Part shown: one piece after another, positions 26,836-40,597 of the stretch
How positions within the stretch are numbered: the stretch's first letter is position 1
Layout of the letters: every line of letters begins with the position of its first letter
NCBI RefSeq assembly: GCF_004010195.1
Contig: NC_057755.1
Span: forward strand, 2,519,246-2,583,245
Length of the DNA stretch: 64,000 nucleotides
Direction of reading: 5' to 3'
Origin: Chiloscyllium plagiosum
Lineage: Eukaryota
Made by a program: the position numbers and the translations under genes
Notes under the pieces: model-generated
The model's database searches: none
What the model saw: the letters and a program-made list of their open reading frames with translations, nothing else
What the model was told of the DNA's origin: nothing

Positions 26836-28582
26836 TACAACTATGTTAGTGCGGTTTCAATATCTGTTTCAACTGGAATATGGAAAACCTATATGGCATG
26901 AATGAAAATCAAGCACAGAGAAAAATCCTATCACAGATAGAAAAGCATATACCCAGTGATAACTTATTGGCAAATATTCACGTGTCTCCATTAAGACCGC
27001 TCATATTTTGACCTTCTTTCGGAGTTGGATCAAAAAGGAATAATGATCTGATCTCGAGCAGTTGTTTGAAACTGATTAGTCTTGATTTCAAGGCTATATT
27101 TGACTGAATCCCAAGTCCAGCAATCTTTAGGTGCGTCATCAATGTGTGACCACGCTGTCACTTAAAAAACGTTATTTTATTATATTTTCTTTCAAGAGCG
27201 GCTGTCAAGACAGAAGTACTGAACTGGCTACTGGAAGTGGCACAATTCAACAACTTATTAGACTTTTTTTTTGTTTGAAATAATGGAAAGACAGTGGCCA
27301 TCTCCAATAGACCAGGCTTTCAAGTTTTTTTTAGCTGTGGCAGTCAGAAGCTGTTTGGAACCTCAGAACAGTTGGAGCTTCAGTGAATTATTCCCAGCTG
27401 CTGCTTTCTCTGAAATCTCCCTGGACTGGATAACTGCATGTAAGAATCTGCGTGAACATTTACCAGTTTTGCCAAGGGGTGTGTTTATGGGATGTTACCA
27501 TATTGGAACTGTTAATTAGTAATAGGTCCTATATCTATTACTCGATTAAGTTTACCATTCATTATGTTAGTTTAGATTCCTATTTCTTTTGTTTGTATTT
27601 TAACTGTAGTGTTTAAATAAACTATGTTTTGGTGAACGTCAAATAGTTTGACGAGTCCTATCACACCTGGAACAAACACATCATACCCGACCTGAAAATA
27701 AGAAAAAGGGTAGGGTGTGGTTTATTTCTTAAAATAATTTGAGAGAGTTTGGTTTCATCAGGTCCATAAAAAAAAGTCCTTCCATCAGAAGTTCAAAACG
27801 GGGACGCTCACTGACAATTGCATTATGGTCATTTGTGACTCTTCGAATACAGACATACTATCTTTTCAGCTGAAACAAAACCTGGATAGTATTAGATTAT
27901 GCCAACAAATATCAAACAAGGTTTGCTCCACGCCAGTGCCACCTTTTATACAGATTAATTCTGAAATCTGTTACATGGAATGAGAAACTAACACTGTGCG
28001 TCTCTTACGTTTGGGAAACGATTGAAGGAAAAGAATCTAAAGATAAGTATGGTCTTCAGGTTTTAGCTTTTGCATTGAATTATTTATTAGAAAAACTAAA
28101 ACTAAACACATGAAAGCTTCTAATTTTACTGTTACGTTATTTGAAGAAGCAACTTGGATCATACAGCTTAAATTGGATTCTGTTTTCACCAGTTGTACTT
28201 CCGTGGAGACTTTCAAAATCTATTTGGGAGAAGGAACATCGCAAAACTTTATTTATGTAGAGTGATCATTTACTTTGTAACAGTGTTACGGGCTGTGTCA
28301 AAAACACCATGAGACAACACTAGTCAATGTGTATCTCAATTCGACCAACTATAAAAATTCCAATGACACAGATTGGTGTGCAATTAATGAGGTGAGTAAC
28401 TCACCTCATGCAACCCTAAAACCTATCCACTCATTCAAGCCAAACCTCAGATGTGTCATAGTTTTGGAGTATACCGAGTGAAAACAGACCTTTAGATCAA
28501 ACCAGTCCATATTGTTTTTTTTTCTTGAGTAGTGATCATTTGCCTGGATACGTGCAGATTCAACATCATTCAAGAATGCTGT

Positions 28583-28897
28583 GGGTGGCACGGTGGCACA
28601 GTGGTTAGCACTGCTGACTCACAGCGCCTGAGACCCGGGTTCAATTCCCGCCTCAGGCGACTGACTGTGTGGAGTTTGCATGTTCTCCCCGTGTCTGCGT
28701 GGGTTTCCTCCGGGTGCTCCGGTTTCCTCCCACAGTCCAAAGATGTGCAGGTAAGGTGAATTGGCCATGCTAAATTGCCCGTAGTGTTAGGTAAGGGGTA
28801 ATGTAGGGGCATGGGTAGGTTGCGCTTCGGCGGGTCGGTGTGGACTTGTTGGGCCGAAGGGCCTGTTTCCACGCTGTAATGTAATCTAAAAAAAAAG
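28583..28897 (+). mobile_element. Young tRNA-derived SINE (HE1/V-SINE type)
   Basis: Pol III A box tggcacagtgg, B box ggttcaattcc, V-domain core gtgtggagtttgca...gggtttcctccgggtgctccggtttcctcccacagtccaaaga, HER1-like 3' tail gggccgaagggcctgtttcc, A-rich end; CpGs retained. Confidence 0.92.
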
Positions 28898-29459
28898 CTC
28901 GATTCTATCCAGAGAAGCAATTCACTTGGCTTCCATCAAACTACAAGTATTGGTTCTCTCTGAACCCCATTGGCACTGGACTCATTTTGTAATACATACA
29001 AGATGAATCGTGGCAATTTACCATGGAGCTTCGACAGCACTTTGTGAACTTCTGCCTGATATTCCCAGATGGAAAATGGCAATTGGCAATTCCACAACAT
29101 GCAATGTTCACCTCCAAACCATGGACTAACCTGATTTGGAACTGTATTCCTGTTCCTTCATTTCTGCTGGATTACAACCGTAGTATGCAATTCTATAACA
29201 TGGACTGCTGCCTTCTAAACAATAGATCATCACAGCATTCAGAAGACTAATCAGCAATAAGAATTACATGCTGGCCTGGTTATCGAAGCCGACATTCCTT
29301 AAATGAATTTAAAACAAGAAAAACCTGTTGCAATAATAAGAAGCCATGCAATGTATTGAATCCAGTACACATGAAGGGCATTAATCGTGGTGCGTTGTTG
29401 TTTATTGTCAGAGGAATCAAGTACAAACGTAGGGACAGATTCTATTTTCTGTAAAAGTT

Positions 29460-30040
29460 TTATAGAGTCAGAGATGTACAGCATGGAAACCTTGCTTTGG
29501 TCCAGCTCGTCCATGCCGACCACATATTGCAACCTAATCTATCCCCACCTTCCAGCGCCCCTCCCACAACCCTCCAAATTCTTCCTATTCATATATCCAT
29601 CAGATGCATTTTAAATGTCCCAATTGTACCAGCCTCCACCATTTCCTCAGGCAGCCCATTCCACACATGTACCATCCTTTGCATAGAAATGTTGCCCCAC
29701 AGATATCTTTTATATCTTTTCCCCTCACCCTAAACTTATGCCTCTAGTTCTCGTCTCCCTCGCCCCAGCGAAAAGACCTATTTTTGCAATCCATGCCCCT
29801 CTTGATTTTACAAACGTCTATAAGGTCAACCCTCAGCCTCTGACACTCCAGGGAAAACAGCCCCAGCCTAATCAACTTCCCCCATTGCTCAAATCCTCCA
29901 AACCTGGCAACATCCTTGTAAATATTTTCTGAACCCTTTCAAGTTTCACAACATCCTTTCACTAGGAAGGAGACCAGAATTGCATGCAATATTACAAAAG
30001 AAGCCGAACCAATGTCCTGAAGATCCGCAACATGATCTCT
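29460..30040 (-). mobile_element. CR1/HER1 LINE 3' fragment
   Basis: Homologous to 21655-22260 (agagtcagagatgtacagcatggaaac...aatcctccaaacctggcaacatccttgtaaat). Confidence 0.85.
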
Positions 30041-31852
30041 CATGCATTGTTCAGTTTTCACCACCTTACATGAAAACTAAATTATTGGTGTGGAAGCAGG
30101 TCAGAGGAAGTTCAGTCCATCAATTTATGGAATGAAGCGTTAACCTTGGTGCAAGAGTTTGAACAAGTTCGATCAAGGTCGATAGCGTTTATCAGAATCA
30201 GATATGATTTTGTTTAAGCATACGCAATCCTAAATGGAGTTGGCTGGTGGATGATCAATGAGTTTTCCCCAAACTGGTGAAGTAAAGTGACAAGAGGAAG
30301 CGCTTTCAGCTCATTCATTCCCTTACAGAGATTAGCATGATAACCTAGTCCATCAGGCATGTTACAGGTAAACACGGAGAGTTCATTTAACCATTCTACA
30401 ACTTTCCAATTGCAGAAAACAATCAGAAACCTCATTGTTTTCATTTTCGTGTGAAGTCCTTTTAAATAGGAATACTTGGGTTACTTCCTATTATTGAACA
30501 CATTCAGCTGCAGGTGGTTAAAAGGCGCATTTGGTGGATAGCCATAAAAGAGTGTCAAGGACATTTATCAAACCTCAAGAAATGCCCTTCCAAGCATGGA
30601 ACAGCCTTTGGGATACATTATAAAATGAAGAGAAACCAATACCAATTCATTATCAACCAACTTTTTAAGTTCGACACCACTGATACTATGAAGAGAAGAA
30701 CCATGATTAGAAAGTAACAGAGAGAAAATATATCCACAAAAGGATATTTTCAATGTTCACAGGAACAACAAACACAATTACATAACTGTATATACCATTT
30801 CCTCATATGTTTAATAACTGGACAGTGAGATTTGATGGGATTGTACAATCATCGAATAATCGATATTAATATGGTGCCAAAGTTGTTCAATGTAGCAAAT
30901 CATAATAGATGTAGATGTACATGTACATGTACATAATATATGTGGCACCATTTATTGTCCACTATATTTGACGTGGAGAGGGTACGTTGAGCCTATTTCA
31001 TGAAATACTGCAGGTGTACAGTAAAAACATAGAAAATTGGGGCAAGCAGGAAGGTTAACATTATTAACTCGGTGACAGTGAAGGATTTGTCAATAAATCC
31101 TGTAGTAAGGATGTAGTATTGTATATAGAACAACTGGTAGATGGTGTTTGTGCATGTGTTTCCTGCACTTGGAGCTTCCAAGTGCTAGACTTCGTGGGAT
31201 TAGAAGATATTGTCGATATCACATTTTAGCTCTTACCATTCACATTTTAGCATGTGGATGACGATCTTAAATTTGAATTTAGGCTGTTGTCTGAAGCAAC
31301 AAGTATATGTAGATTTTATTAACCACAAAATGGCTTTTCAATTTCAAATAACATAACAAAATGGCTTTAGATTTTTCTTTGACACTGTGTACGTGAACTG
31401 AAGCTTTGCTGAGTTGGTTACATTTAGAGATAAGAGAAAACAATGGACTTTTCATAATATGAATCATAAGACAGCGATTTGGTACTCAAATTAACCTTGA
31501 ACTGGCAAGCTTAGGATGATTTTGTGCAATGGAACGGTGTGATTCTCAAGAAATAACATTGGATTAATCTGTTGTAAATCATGTCACCATATTACATTTG
31601 ATTGGTCTTTTCTTGTAATTAAGGCTGTGCTGTCTCTTAAAAAACTTATAAATAATGTGTAATTTTCTAATGTAATTGCGCCATTTCTCCATCGAACACA
31701 GAAGTTTTTAACCTCTGCGTTGCTGGACAAATCTCTGCCAGACTGCCTTCATTTATTAAACTGGTAACCTTGCTTTAAACATACCATACTCGTAGTGATA
31801 CCTTTGACCGATCTTGACACTGAAGGGACCCCCAGGGATTCTAGATCTTCAA

Positions 31853-32945
31853 GTGAGGACTGTAGATGCTGGAATGTTAGAATCGAAAAGTGTAGCAGTG
31901 GAAAAACACAGCAGGTCAAGCAGCATCTGAGGACCAGGAGAGTCGATGTTTTTGGCATAAGCCCTTCATCAGGGATGTTGAAGGGAAAGGGAGCTGAGAG
32001 ATAAATCGAGGGTGAGGCTTGCTGGAAGGTAGCTGGGAAGGCGATAGATGGATGCAGGTGGCCAGTAATTGTTATAGACCAGTGAGAAGGAAGATGGACA
32101 TTTTGGAGATGTCAAGTGAGAGGTGCTGAGTTGGAGTATTGGATCCGGAATGTGTTGGTGGGGGGATATTTGAAAACTAATGGTGTCGACATTGATGCCG
32201 TTGGGTTGAAGGGTCCGAAGGTGGAAGGTGAAGGTGTAGTCAAGGTAGCTGTTGGAGTCGATGGGTTTGAAACAGATATATGTGTTCAGCTGGTCGACAG
32301 AGTTGGAGACAGAGTGTTCCAGGAAGGGAGGAATGTTTCCTATATTTTCAAGGTGAGCTTAAGGACAGTGTGAAAGTTGTCACTGAAGGTGATGAACTCT
32401 TTCACCTCCCCGAGAGAGCACGAGGTGGCGTTGATAACGTAATCAATGTAGTGGAGGAAAAGGTGAGGAATATGCCATGTAAATGCGTAAGATGGACTGT
32501 TCCATGTAACGTATAAAGAGGTAGGGTTAGCTGGGGCCCACGCAGGTGGCTATAGCTACCCCTTTCAGCTGAAGAAAGTGGGATGATTCAAAATAGAAGA
32601 TATCAAGGATGAGGATAATTTCTGCCAATCGAATGAGTGTGGCAGATTAAGGGTACTGCATGGTCAGCAGAAGAGGAAGAAACAGAGGACTCAGAGTCAT
32701 TGCAATTGCAGATGGGCATGCATAACAACTGGATGCCCATGTGAAGATGAGGCATTGCGTCCGAGGAAACGAAAGTCATGAAGCAGTTGGAATGTGTGGG
32801 ATGTGTCCTGAATGTATGTGGGGAGATCCTGGACCAAACGGGTGGAGTAGGAGTAGATGGAGACAAAAGGTTGACCGAGGCAGTCAGTGTTGTGGATTTT
32901 GTGTGAGGATGTAGAGGACAATTGGCAGCAATAAACTTGATTTCA
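31853..32945 (-). mobile_element. Penelope-like element relic (terminal repeat plus RT fragments)
   Basis: Same terminal motif as 25858; minus ORF 'PHKIHNTDCLGQPFVSIYS...LVQDLPTYIQDTSH' and a gvAiatcvGPS-like segment resemble PLE reverse transcriptase. Confidence 0.7.
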
Positions 32946-33722
32946 AATGTAACCTGCAACATTATGCCCGGCATATGCACATTCCACCGTTCCCATTCAG
33001 TCAGGTGGACAACTTCATTTAAACAATAATTCAGAGCAATTCGTCATTAACGGGGGAGAGGGTTGGTGGGGAAACATTTATTTATTGAAAACAATTGACA
33101 ATCTATTCTTAATATACCAAAAAATATTGATTGATTCGTGATGACTATTAATAAATTAGCTTTTAATTCCAATTTTTATCCTTTGACTTTAATTTTAATC
33201 AGCAGCTTTGGTGGGATTTGAATCAGTGCCTTGAGTGTAATAACCATGCTTCTGAATTAACCATCCAGTGACATTACTACTCCAACATCTGACTTCCCGT
33301 TGTGAAGTAACTTCAGAGCCAAAACAAGTTAACGTTTCTGATCCAAATGCTTGCAGCTGGGCAAGTAATCAGAAGGGAACTGTGACAGTAAATTTTGGAT
33401 TGAACAAAAATGTAAATAAAGACTTATTCAACAACTGTACTGAAGCAGAGGTGGAGATTGAAGATATTCTGGAAGTAGCAGAGGACAAAATTGGTCATGG
33501 AAAGGGTAAGTACCGATACTTAAATCAACTCAGAGCATAAGGGACTGATCAGGTTTTGAACAGTTTTGTTTCTTTTAGAAATTTCTGAGTGAGATGTACA
33601 AATTTTGTGGATTAGCAATGGAGTTTGTGATTGAAACTGAAGATAATAGTTTCTGTCTCTGCAAAATATAGACAACATAAATAGCAATACAATTCGTCAT
33701 AGTTAAGTAACAAGAGACTTAC

Positions 33723-33939
33723 CAGGAACACCAACAATAGCCAGGATGGGATAGTAACCCGCCTGAATAATCATCAACACGGCTTCGATCTGCCGTGGTA
33801 ATGATGCCCAATCCTGAGAAAGAAGGTAAGTGCCCCAGGATAAACTCCTGTTCATTGTTGTTATATTCCAGTCGAATGTTCTCAGATTCTCATCCATTAT
33901 TGTAATATTCAAATCTATTGCTCTCACTTTCTGAATCAT
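33723..33939 (-). CDS. Exon 1 of the intact GPR139-like GPCR (glycosylated N-terminus plus TM1)
   Basis: First in-frame ATG 33939: MIQKVRAIDLNITIMDENLRTFDWNITTMNRSLSWG...YYPILAIVGVP plus G, then donor GTAAGT at 33722. G plus TT AAC of exon 2 gives ...GVPVNIVT in frame; about 376 aa total. A downstream ATG (MDEN) could be the true start. Confidence 0.85.
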
Positions 33940-35803
33940 CGGTCGAATATTCCAATATATTTGTCTCAATTCTCCTGTCTTCTCTCTCCCTCTTTCTGGA
34001 GCCCCTGATCCCTGTTCAGTTCAGAGGTGATGCTCCCGCTGATGCAATTCGAAAATACATTGATAGTACTCCCTTATTAATACGAGAGTGCAACCATTCA
34101 GTGAGACGATAGATCCATGGAGACTGATATTAATCATGGTCATTAAACAAATATATTCAGTTAACCCATGTCAGCGCAGCGCTTTTATATTACAATAATT
34201 CAGGGTCTGCAGAGGTTGTTGACATTATTGACTTTTGGCCTTGTCGCCCATTTCACATTGCCAAAAGGATGTTATTGGTGAGGCGAAAAATAATGTTTTC
34301 GCTCTGCAAGTTGGTTGATTATTGTTGTTTTGTTCACATGCAACGCTGCAGCCAAATACGTAATAGCCAATCAAGAGGTTGTTACCATGCTGAATTTCCC
34401 ACCACTGCAATAGATTCCAACCAAACGATTATTTCTAGGCAGCATTGCCCGGAACACACAAAGGAAATGTGGTGTGTATGAACTTTCCACTTTCTGTTCA
34501 TATAGTACTCACAAAGTACTTTATCAGCTTTTAAATTAAATCTGCTGACATATTCTCGCACAGCTTATTTGCTTTAAAGCAGGATCTTTCCAGTCTTTTT
34601 GTCCTCAGTCCGAAAACAAATATGACATTCATAGTTTTCTTGTTCAATGAAACCCATGGAATAAAGATTGAGTGACAAAATTGCCCACACGTGGACAGTT
34701 TCTGTGGAGACTGAAAGCGCAAAACTGATATTCCACAGATACAGTAATCAAACATGACCTTTTCCTCACAGAAGAACAAAGATTGCCCCAAAAAATAGAG
34801 CGGGAAACATTCGGGAGACGAAATAGCGAGGGTTATATTCCAGTCGAATGTTCTCAGATTCTCATCCATTATTGTAATATTCAAATCTACTGCTCTCACT
34901 TTCTGAATCATCGGTCGAATATTCCAATATATTTGTCTCAATTCTGCTGTCTTCTCTCTCCCTCTTTCTGGAGCCCCTGATCCCTGTTCAGTTCAGAGAT
35001 GATGCTCCCGCTGATGCAATTCGAAAATACATTGATAGTACTCCCTTATTAATACGAGAGTGCAACCATTCAGTGAGACGATAGATCAATGGAGACTGAT
35101 ATTAATCATGGTCATTAAACAAATATATTCAGTTAACCCATGTCAGCGCAGCGCTTGTATATTACAACAATTCAGAGTCTGCAGAGGTTGTTGACATTGT
35201 TGACTTTTGGCCTTGTCGCCCATTTTACACTGCCAAAAGGATGTTATTGGTGAGGTGAAAGATAATGTTTTCGCTCTGCAAGTTGGTTGATTATTGTTGT
35301 TTTGTTCACATGCAACGCTGCAGCCAAATACGTAATAGCCAATCAAGAGGTTGTTACCATGCTGAATTTTCCACCACTGCAATAGATTCCAACCAAACGA
35401 TTATTTCTAGGCAGCATTGCCCGGAACACACAAAGGAAATGTGGTGTGTATGAACTTTCCACTTTCTGTTCATATAGTACTCACAAAGTACTTTATCAGC
35501 TTTTAAATTAAATCTGCTGACATATTCTCGCACAGCTTATTTGCTTTAAAGCAGGATCTTTCCAGTCTTTTTGTCCTCAGTCCGAAAACAAATATGACAT
35601 TTATAGTTTTCTTGTTCAATGAAACCCATGGAATAAAGATTGAGTGACAAAATTGCCCACACGTGGACAGTTTCTGTGGAGACTGAAAGCGCAAAACTGA
35701 TATTCCACAGGTACAGTAATCAAATATCACCTTTTCCTCACAGAAGAACAAAAATTGCCCCAGAAAATAGAGCGGGAAACATTCGGGAGACGAAATAGCG
35801 AGG
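33860..35803. repeat. Head-to-tail duplication, about 972-bp unit, covering the 5' part of exon 1 and the upstream promoter region
   Basis: 33860-34831 and 34832-35803 both begin gttatattccagtcgaatg and end gaaatagcgagg(g); a small number of substitutions. Confidence 0.95.
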
Positions 35804-36559
35804 GAAAATATGAACATACCAGGATGATTTGTATGGCTGACGTCACAGTGAACACGGAGTGAATAGAAATGGTGAAGAAAAAAATAGAAAGAGGAGGGCA
35901 TCGTTCCTCAGACTGCAATGACCAACACTTATCAAGTGCAATGTCTGTTAGTGTGACAGGCGGCTTGAATAATGGGATTTGAGAGATTTTTGAATTTTTA
36001 TCTGTGAGAGGAGAATATGCAGGGCTACGAGGAAACTGCAGGAGAATAGCAGCAGAGGAATAGCTCCGTTCGAGCTGGTGCAGAGACGACAAACTGAATG
36101 GGAACCATCTTTGCTGTGAGGTTCTTCAAGAGTTCTTAAGTTTTTTTTAGGAGTCTGAGGACATTTGCTGTTTCAGTATTCCACCTTGTGTTTCCTTTAA
36201 CCTGTTATCTCTGCCTGTTCTACCATGAAGTGAAATTGCCTGTAAAATGAGTTTTACAGACTAAATTGCCTGAGAATCGACCACTTGGAGTGGATATTTA
36301 CAAATGTTTTGTTTCTTCGAATTTATTAAAGAAGCAGATTCAGTGCATTGCAAGTGATACGGGGAGAGGTGATGAAGTAATGGGAGCAACAACACATGGT
36401 ATGATCCACATATAACGAAATTCAACAACCAGACGCTGTCAGTAAAATTAAAATGCTGGAGATGATGATAAACTGAAATGACAACAGAAAAATGTGAAGA
36501 CATTCAACAGATCAAGCCGCACCTGTAGAGAGAGAAAAACTGTGTTAACAATCCGTGTG

Positions 36560-38825
36560 TAATATGAATTGAATTTTAACTGAATTTATTGTCACATGTA
36601 CTGAGGCACATTGAAAAGCTTTGCCTTACAAGCAATATAGGCAGATCACAGAGTTCAGTAGCTTAGATAGTAAATAATAATTCAACAGCGGCAAAAACAA
36701 AAACACAGGTACATGCGAATATTAAGAGTTGTAAGTCCATTCAGCATTCTAAAACAGTAGGGCAGAAACTGTTACGAAATCGGCTGGTGTGTGTGTATTC
36801 AGGCTTCTGTACCTTTTTCCCAATGGTAGATATTATAGAAAAAAAACATTGCTAGGGTGGGATGGATTTTTGAGAATGCTGGCGGCCTTTCATTGACAGT
36901 GGGCCTGGTAGATGGATTCTGTAGATGGGAGGTTGACTTTTGTGATTGTTTGGGACATGTTCACCACTGTCTATAACCGTCTCTAATCTCGGATGGTAAG
37001 TTGCCATACCAGGTAGTGATACGTTCAGACAGAATGCTCTCGAAGCTCACCTATAAAAGGTGGACAGTGTATTCGCTGTCATGCCAAATTTCCTCAGCTG
37101 CCTGAGGAAGAAGAGACATTGTTGGGCCTTTGTAACCAGTGTGTTTTCATGAAGAGTCCAAGAAGGCTTATTGTGGATGGCCACTCCCAGGAGCTTGACA
37201 CTCTCCACTCGTTCCTAGAGCCAAAGAGTCATAGAGATGTACAGCATGGAAACAGGCCCTTCGGTCTAACCCGTCCATGTCGACCAAATATCCCAACCCA
37301 ATCCAGTCCCACCTGCCAGCACCCGGCTCATATCCCTCCAAATGCTTCCTATTCATATATCCATCCAAATGCCTTTTAAATGTTGCAATTGTACCAGCCT
37401 CCATCACTTCCTCTGGCAGCTCATTCCACACACGCACCACCCTCTGTGCGAACAGTTGCCCCTTAGGTCTCTTTTATATCTTTTCCCTCTCACCCTATAC
37501 CTATGCCCTCTAATTCTGGACTCCCCGAGCCCAGGGAAAATACTTTTTCTATTTACTCAACCCATGCCTCTCATGATTTTGTAAACCTCTATAAGACCAC
37601 CCCTCAACCCCGATACTCCAGGGAAAACAGTTCTAACCTGTTCAGCATCCCTCTATAGCTCATATCATCCAACCCTAGCAACATCCAATACACTGACCAA
37701 TAAAAGAAAGCATATCAAACGCCTTCTTCACTATCCTATCTGCCTGCGACTTCAATTTCAAGGAGCTATGAACCTACATTCCAAGGTCTCATTGTTCAAC
37801 AACACTCCCTGGGACCTTACCATTCATTGTATATGTCCTTCTAAGATTTGCTTTCCCAAAATGCAACACCTCACATTTACCTGAATTAAACTCCATCTGC
37901 CACTTCTCAGCCCATTGGCCCATCTGGTCAAAGTTCTGTTGTATTCTGAGGTAAACTTTTTCGCTGTCCACTACACCTCCAATGTTAGTGTCATTTGCAA
38001 ATTTAGTAACTGTACCTCTTATGCTCACATCCAAATCATTCCTGTATATGACAAAAAGTAGGGGACCAGCACCAATCCTTGTGGCACTCGACTGGTCATA
38101 GGCCACCAGTCTGAAAAACAACCCTCCACCGCCACCCTCTGTCTTCTACCTTTGAGCCAATTCTGTATCCAAATGGCGAGTTCTCCTTGTATTCTGTGCT
38201 GTTAATGTGTATGGGGATATGAGTAACATCCCGCCAAAATTCAATAATGAGTTCCTTGTTTTTGCCATCATTAAGAGCTAGGTTGTTCTCAGTGCACCAT
38301 TGTTCCAGGTCTTCCACCTCCAGTCTGTAGTCTGTTACATCGCAATCTGAGATTCGATCGACTATGGTGGCATCATCAGCAAATTATAAATGCCATTACT
38401 CTGGTGTTTGGCAATGCAGTCATTGGTATAACTGAGTACAGTAGGGGACTGAGTATGCACCCCGGGGGGCTCGAGTGTTTAATGTTAGTGAGGATGAAAT
38501 ATTGTCCCCAGTCTTCACTGACAGTGGACTGTGGGTCAGGAAACGGAGTATCCTGTTGCAGAGAGTGGGGCATAGACTGAGATCACTAAGTTTAGTAATA
38601 AGTCCCGAGGGGATAATAGTGTTGAAGGTTGCACTGTAGTCAATGAGTAGTATTCTGACGTAGCTGTTCTTGGTATCAAGATGTTCCAGGGAAGAGTGAA
38701 GGGCAAGTAATATAGTATCTGACATGGCCTGTTGATCCAATGGGCAAGTTGGAGTGAGTCAAGAGTAGAGTGGAGGCTAGAGTTGATTAATGCCACGACC
38801 AGCCTTTCAAAGCACTTCAGCACAT
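36560..38825 (-). mobile_element. Rex1/Babar-type LINE fragment interrupted by a CR1/HER1 insertion
   Basis: KCFERLV, LDSLQLA, DYSATFNTIIP, PPGCILSPLLYS, NNLALNDGKNKELII motifs; 3' tail with aataaattcag near 36580. Confidence 0.8.
37225..38190 (-). mobile_element. CR1/HER1 LINE fragment nested in the Rex1/Babar element
   Basis: Tail agagtcatagagatgtacagcatgg; ORFs VRVWNELPEEVMEAG and KFANDTNIGG...WAEKWQMEFN. Confidence 0.88.
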
Positions 38826-40597
38826 CAGAAGCAGCTCTGATGAAAGATTATGTTGGACTCCAAGCGGTAATTTGGATTCAGTCTCCACTGATGCTGCCAT
38901 AACTTCTTTGTTTCTCCAGCACATCCGATTTTTAGTTCTGGACTGGTGGCAGGTTGTCTGATTTGAACCAGAAAATCAATCCCCTCTTTTAGTTGAATCT
39001 AAAGTATTTGATTATTGGCATCAAAAAAGAAATTTGTAAACTTGCTAAATTTGAAATGTTAGTAAACTTCGATTTTGGTGGTATGTTGATAAATTGTCAT
39101 TGAACGGTTAAATTCAGTGGCATTGAAATTGTAGTGTAAATCCCCTGAAAGAAACTGTTTCAAGTTATTGTAATAATAATCTTGTTGTCCTGTCACACTC
39201 CAGTCGGGTGAGATCTGCACTAGCAGCTCAGTTTGGATTATGACACCCCTATTTTGGATTCATTTCAAACGTCAACACAGCCAGAATCCTCTTTCCAACA
39301 CTTTTGAACTGATAATCTGTAGAGTATCTCCAAAATCAGCCTCTGCCTTAACACAGTGTCGACTTTACTTGCTGTCCTTCCGGAGGTTGGAACCTGACAA
39401 AGAGATGTGTCTTTATCAGTTCCTGTTTATGAACTTTCACTCAGAAACTGGCTGCTTTGTGGCTGTAATGTTCCGATGTGGTTAGAAATCACACAACATC
39501 AGGTTATTGTCCAACAGGAAGTGTTAGCTTCCAGTACTTCGAAATAAACCTATTGGACGATAACCTGGTGTTGTATGATTTGTAATTTTGTCCACCCCAG
39601 GCCAACAACGGGCACCTCCAAATCTTGTTTTGATGTAGGTGTGGCACATTCATGCAGTAAAGACGTACCTCCCTGAGATTTAATATAAGAGTGCGAAAAG
39701 ACAAATGATCCTATGAATTTAATAGGTCGCATTTATCTAAGGCCCTGCAGGCCGCTGGCAGACACAGAGTTTATTGGTTCTCCCTAATTACTCTGGAGAA
39801 GGTGGCAAAGATCCACCATCTTGAACATCTTCTATTGAAGAGTTGTGGATACACGTAGAGAGCTGTTTGGAAGGGAATTCCAAGATTTGTAACTTTGATA
39901 GTGAAGGATCGGAGATTTAGTCTCTATTCGGGATGGCATATGACGTGGAAGAAAACTTGCTTTTCCAAGTCTGGGCCATGTCTTTGATGAACCTCTTGTG
40001 CAATGTACAGGGAGAGAAATGATTGATCTGTAAAAACAACAATATTGCTTTTTTTGGTATTTATGACACTGACCAGAATTTACTCTAATTCCTATTAATC
40101 ACAATTTTGCTCATGCACAAAGAGGTTCAGGGCAGGCACTCTCTGCTCGCCTCACATGACACAGGGACATCTGCTGCAATAATAAAGAATGAAGAAAAAT
40201 ATAACTCAGTTTGTTGGAACAATGATCTCACTGAATTCTCAATATTCAAAGGATAATCAATGCGTGGAAGTTAGATTCTGTTGGGAGACATTGATCCAAT
40301 TTGAACTCAGGCCGTTTTATTAAGTGCCACGATAGAGGGACGGAAAGAAATTCCTTGTGGTACAATGTGCATGATATCTGGAAAATAGAAAGAAATTGAC
40401 GTGATGCATTCTGAACCTACAATTGACGGTTCTTGTTGACAATGCACAGTTAGCAGCTACAATACAAATTCACATCATTGCATGGAGTATCAACCGTTAC
40501 TGAGTCCAGCACGGTCCATCAGTGTTTGAAAACATTGAGCATAATTCACATACTTGTAGCAAGTCGCCTAAAAATAGAACCAGCACTTTTTTCCAGC

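Noticed and set aside
30750..30830. Minus-strand ...VIVFVVP(V)N resembling a degenerate GPCR exon 1
   Set aside because: No open frame from an ATG, no proper donor after CCTG, similarity too short to support.
34531..34941. 136-aa ORF beginning like GPCR exon 1
   Set aside because: Chimeric read-through across the duplication junction; lacks TM1 and donor.
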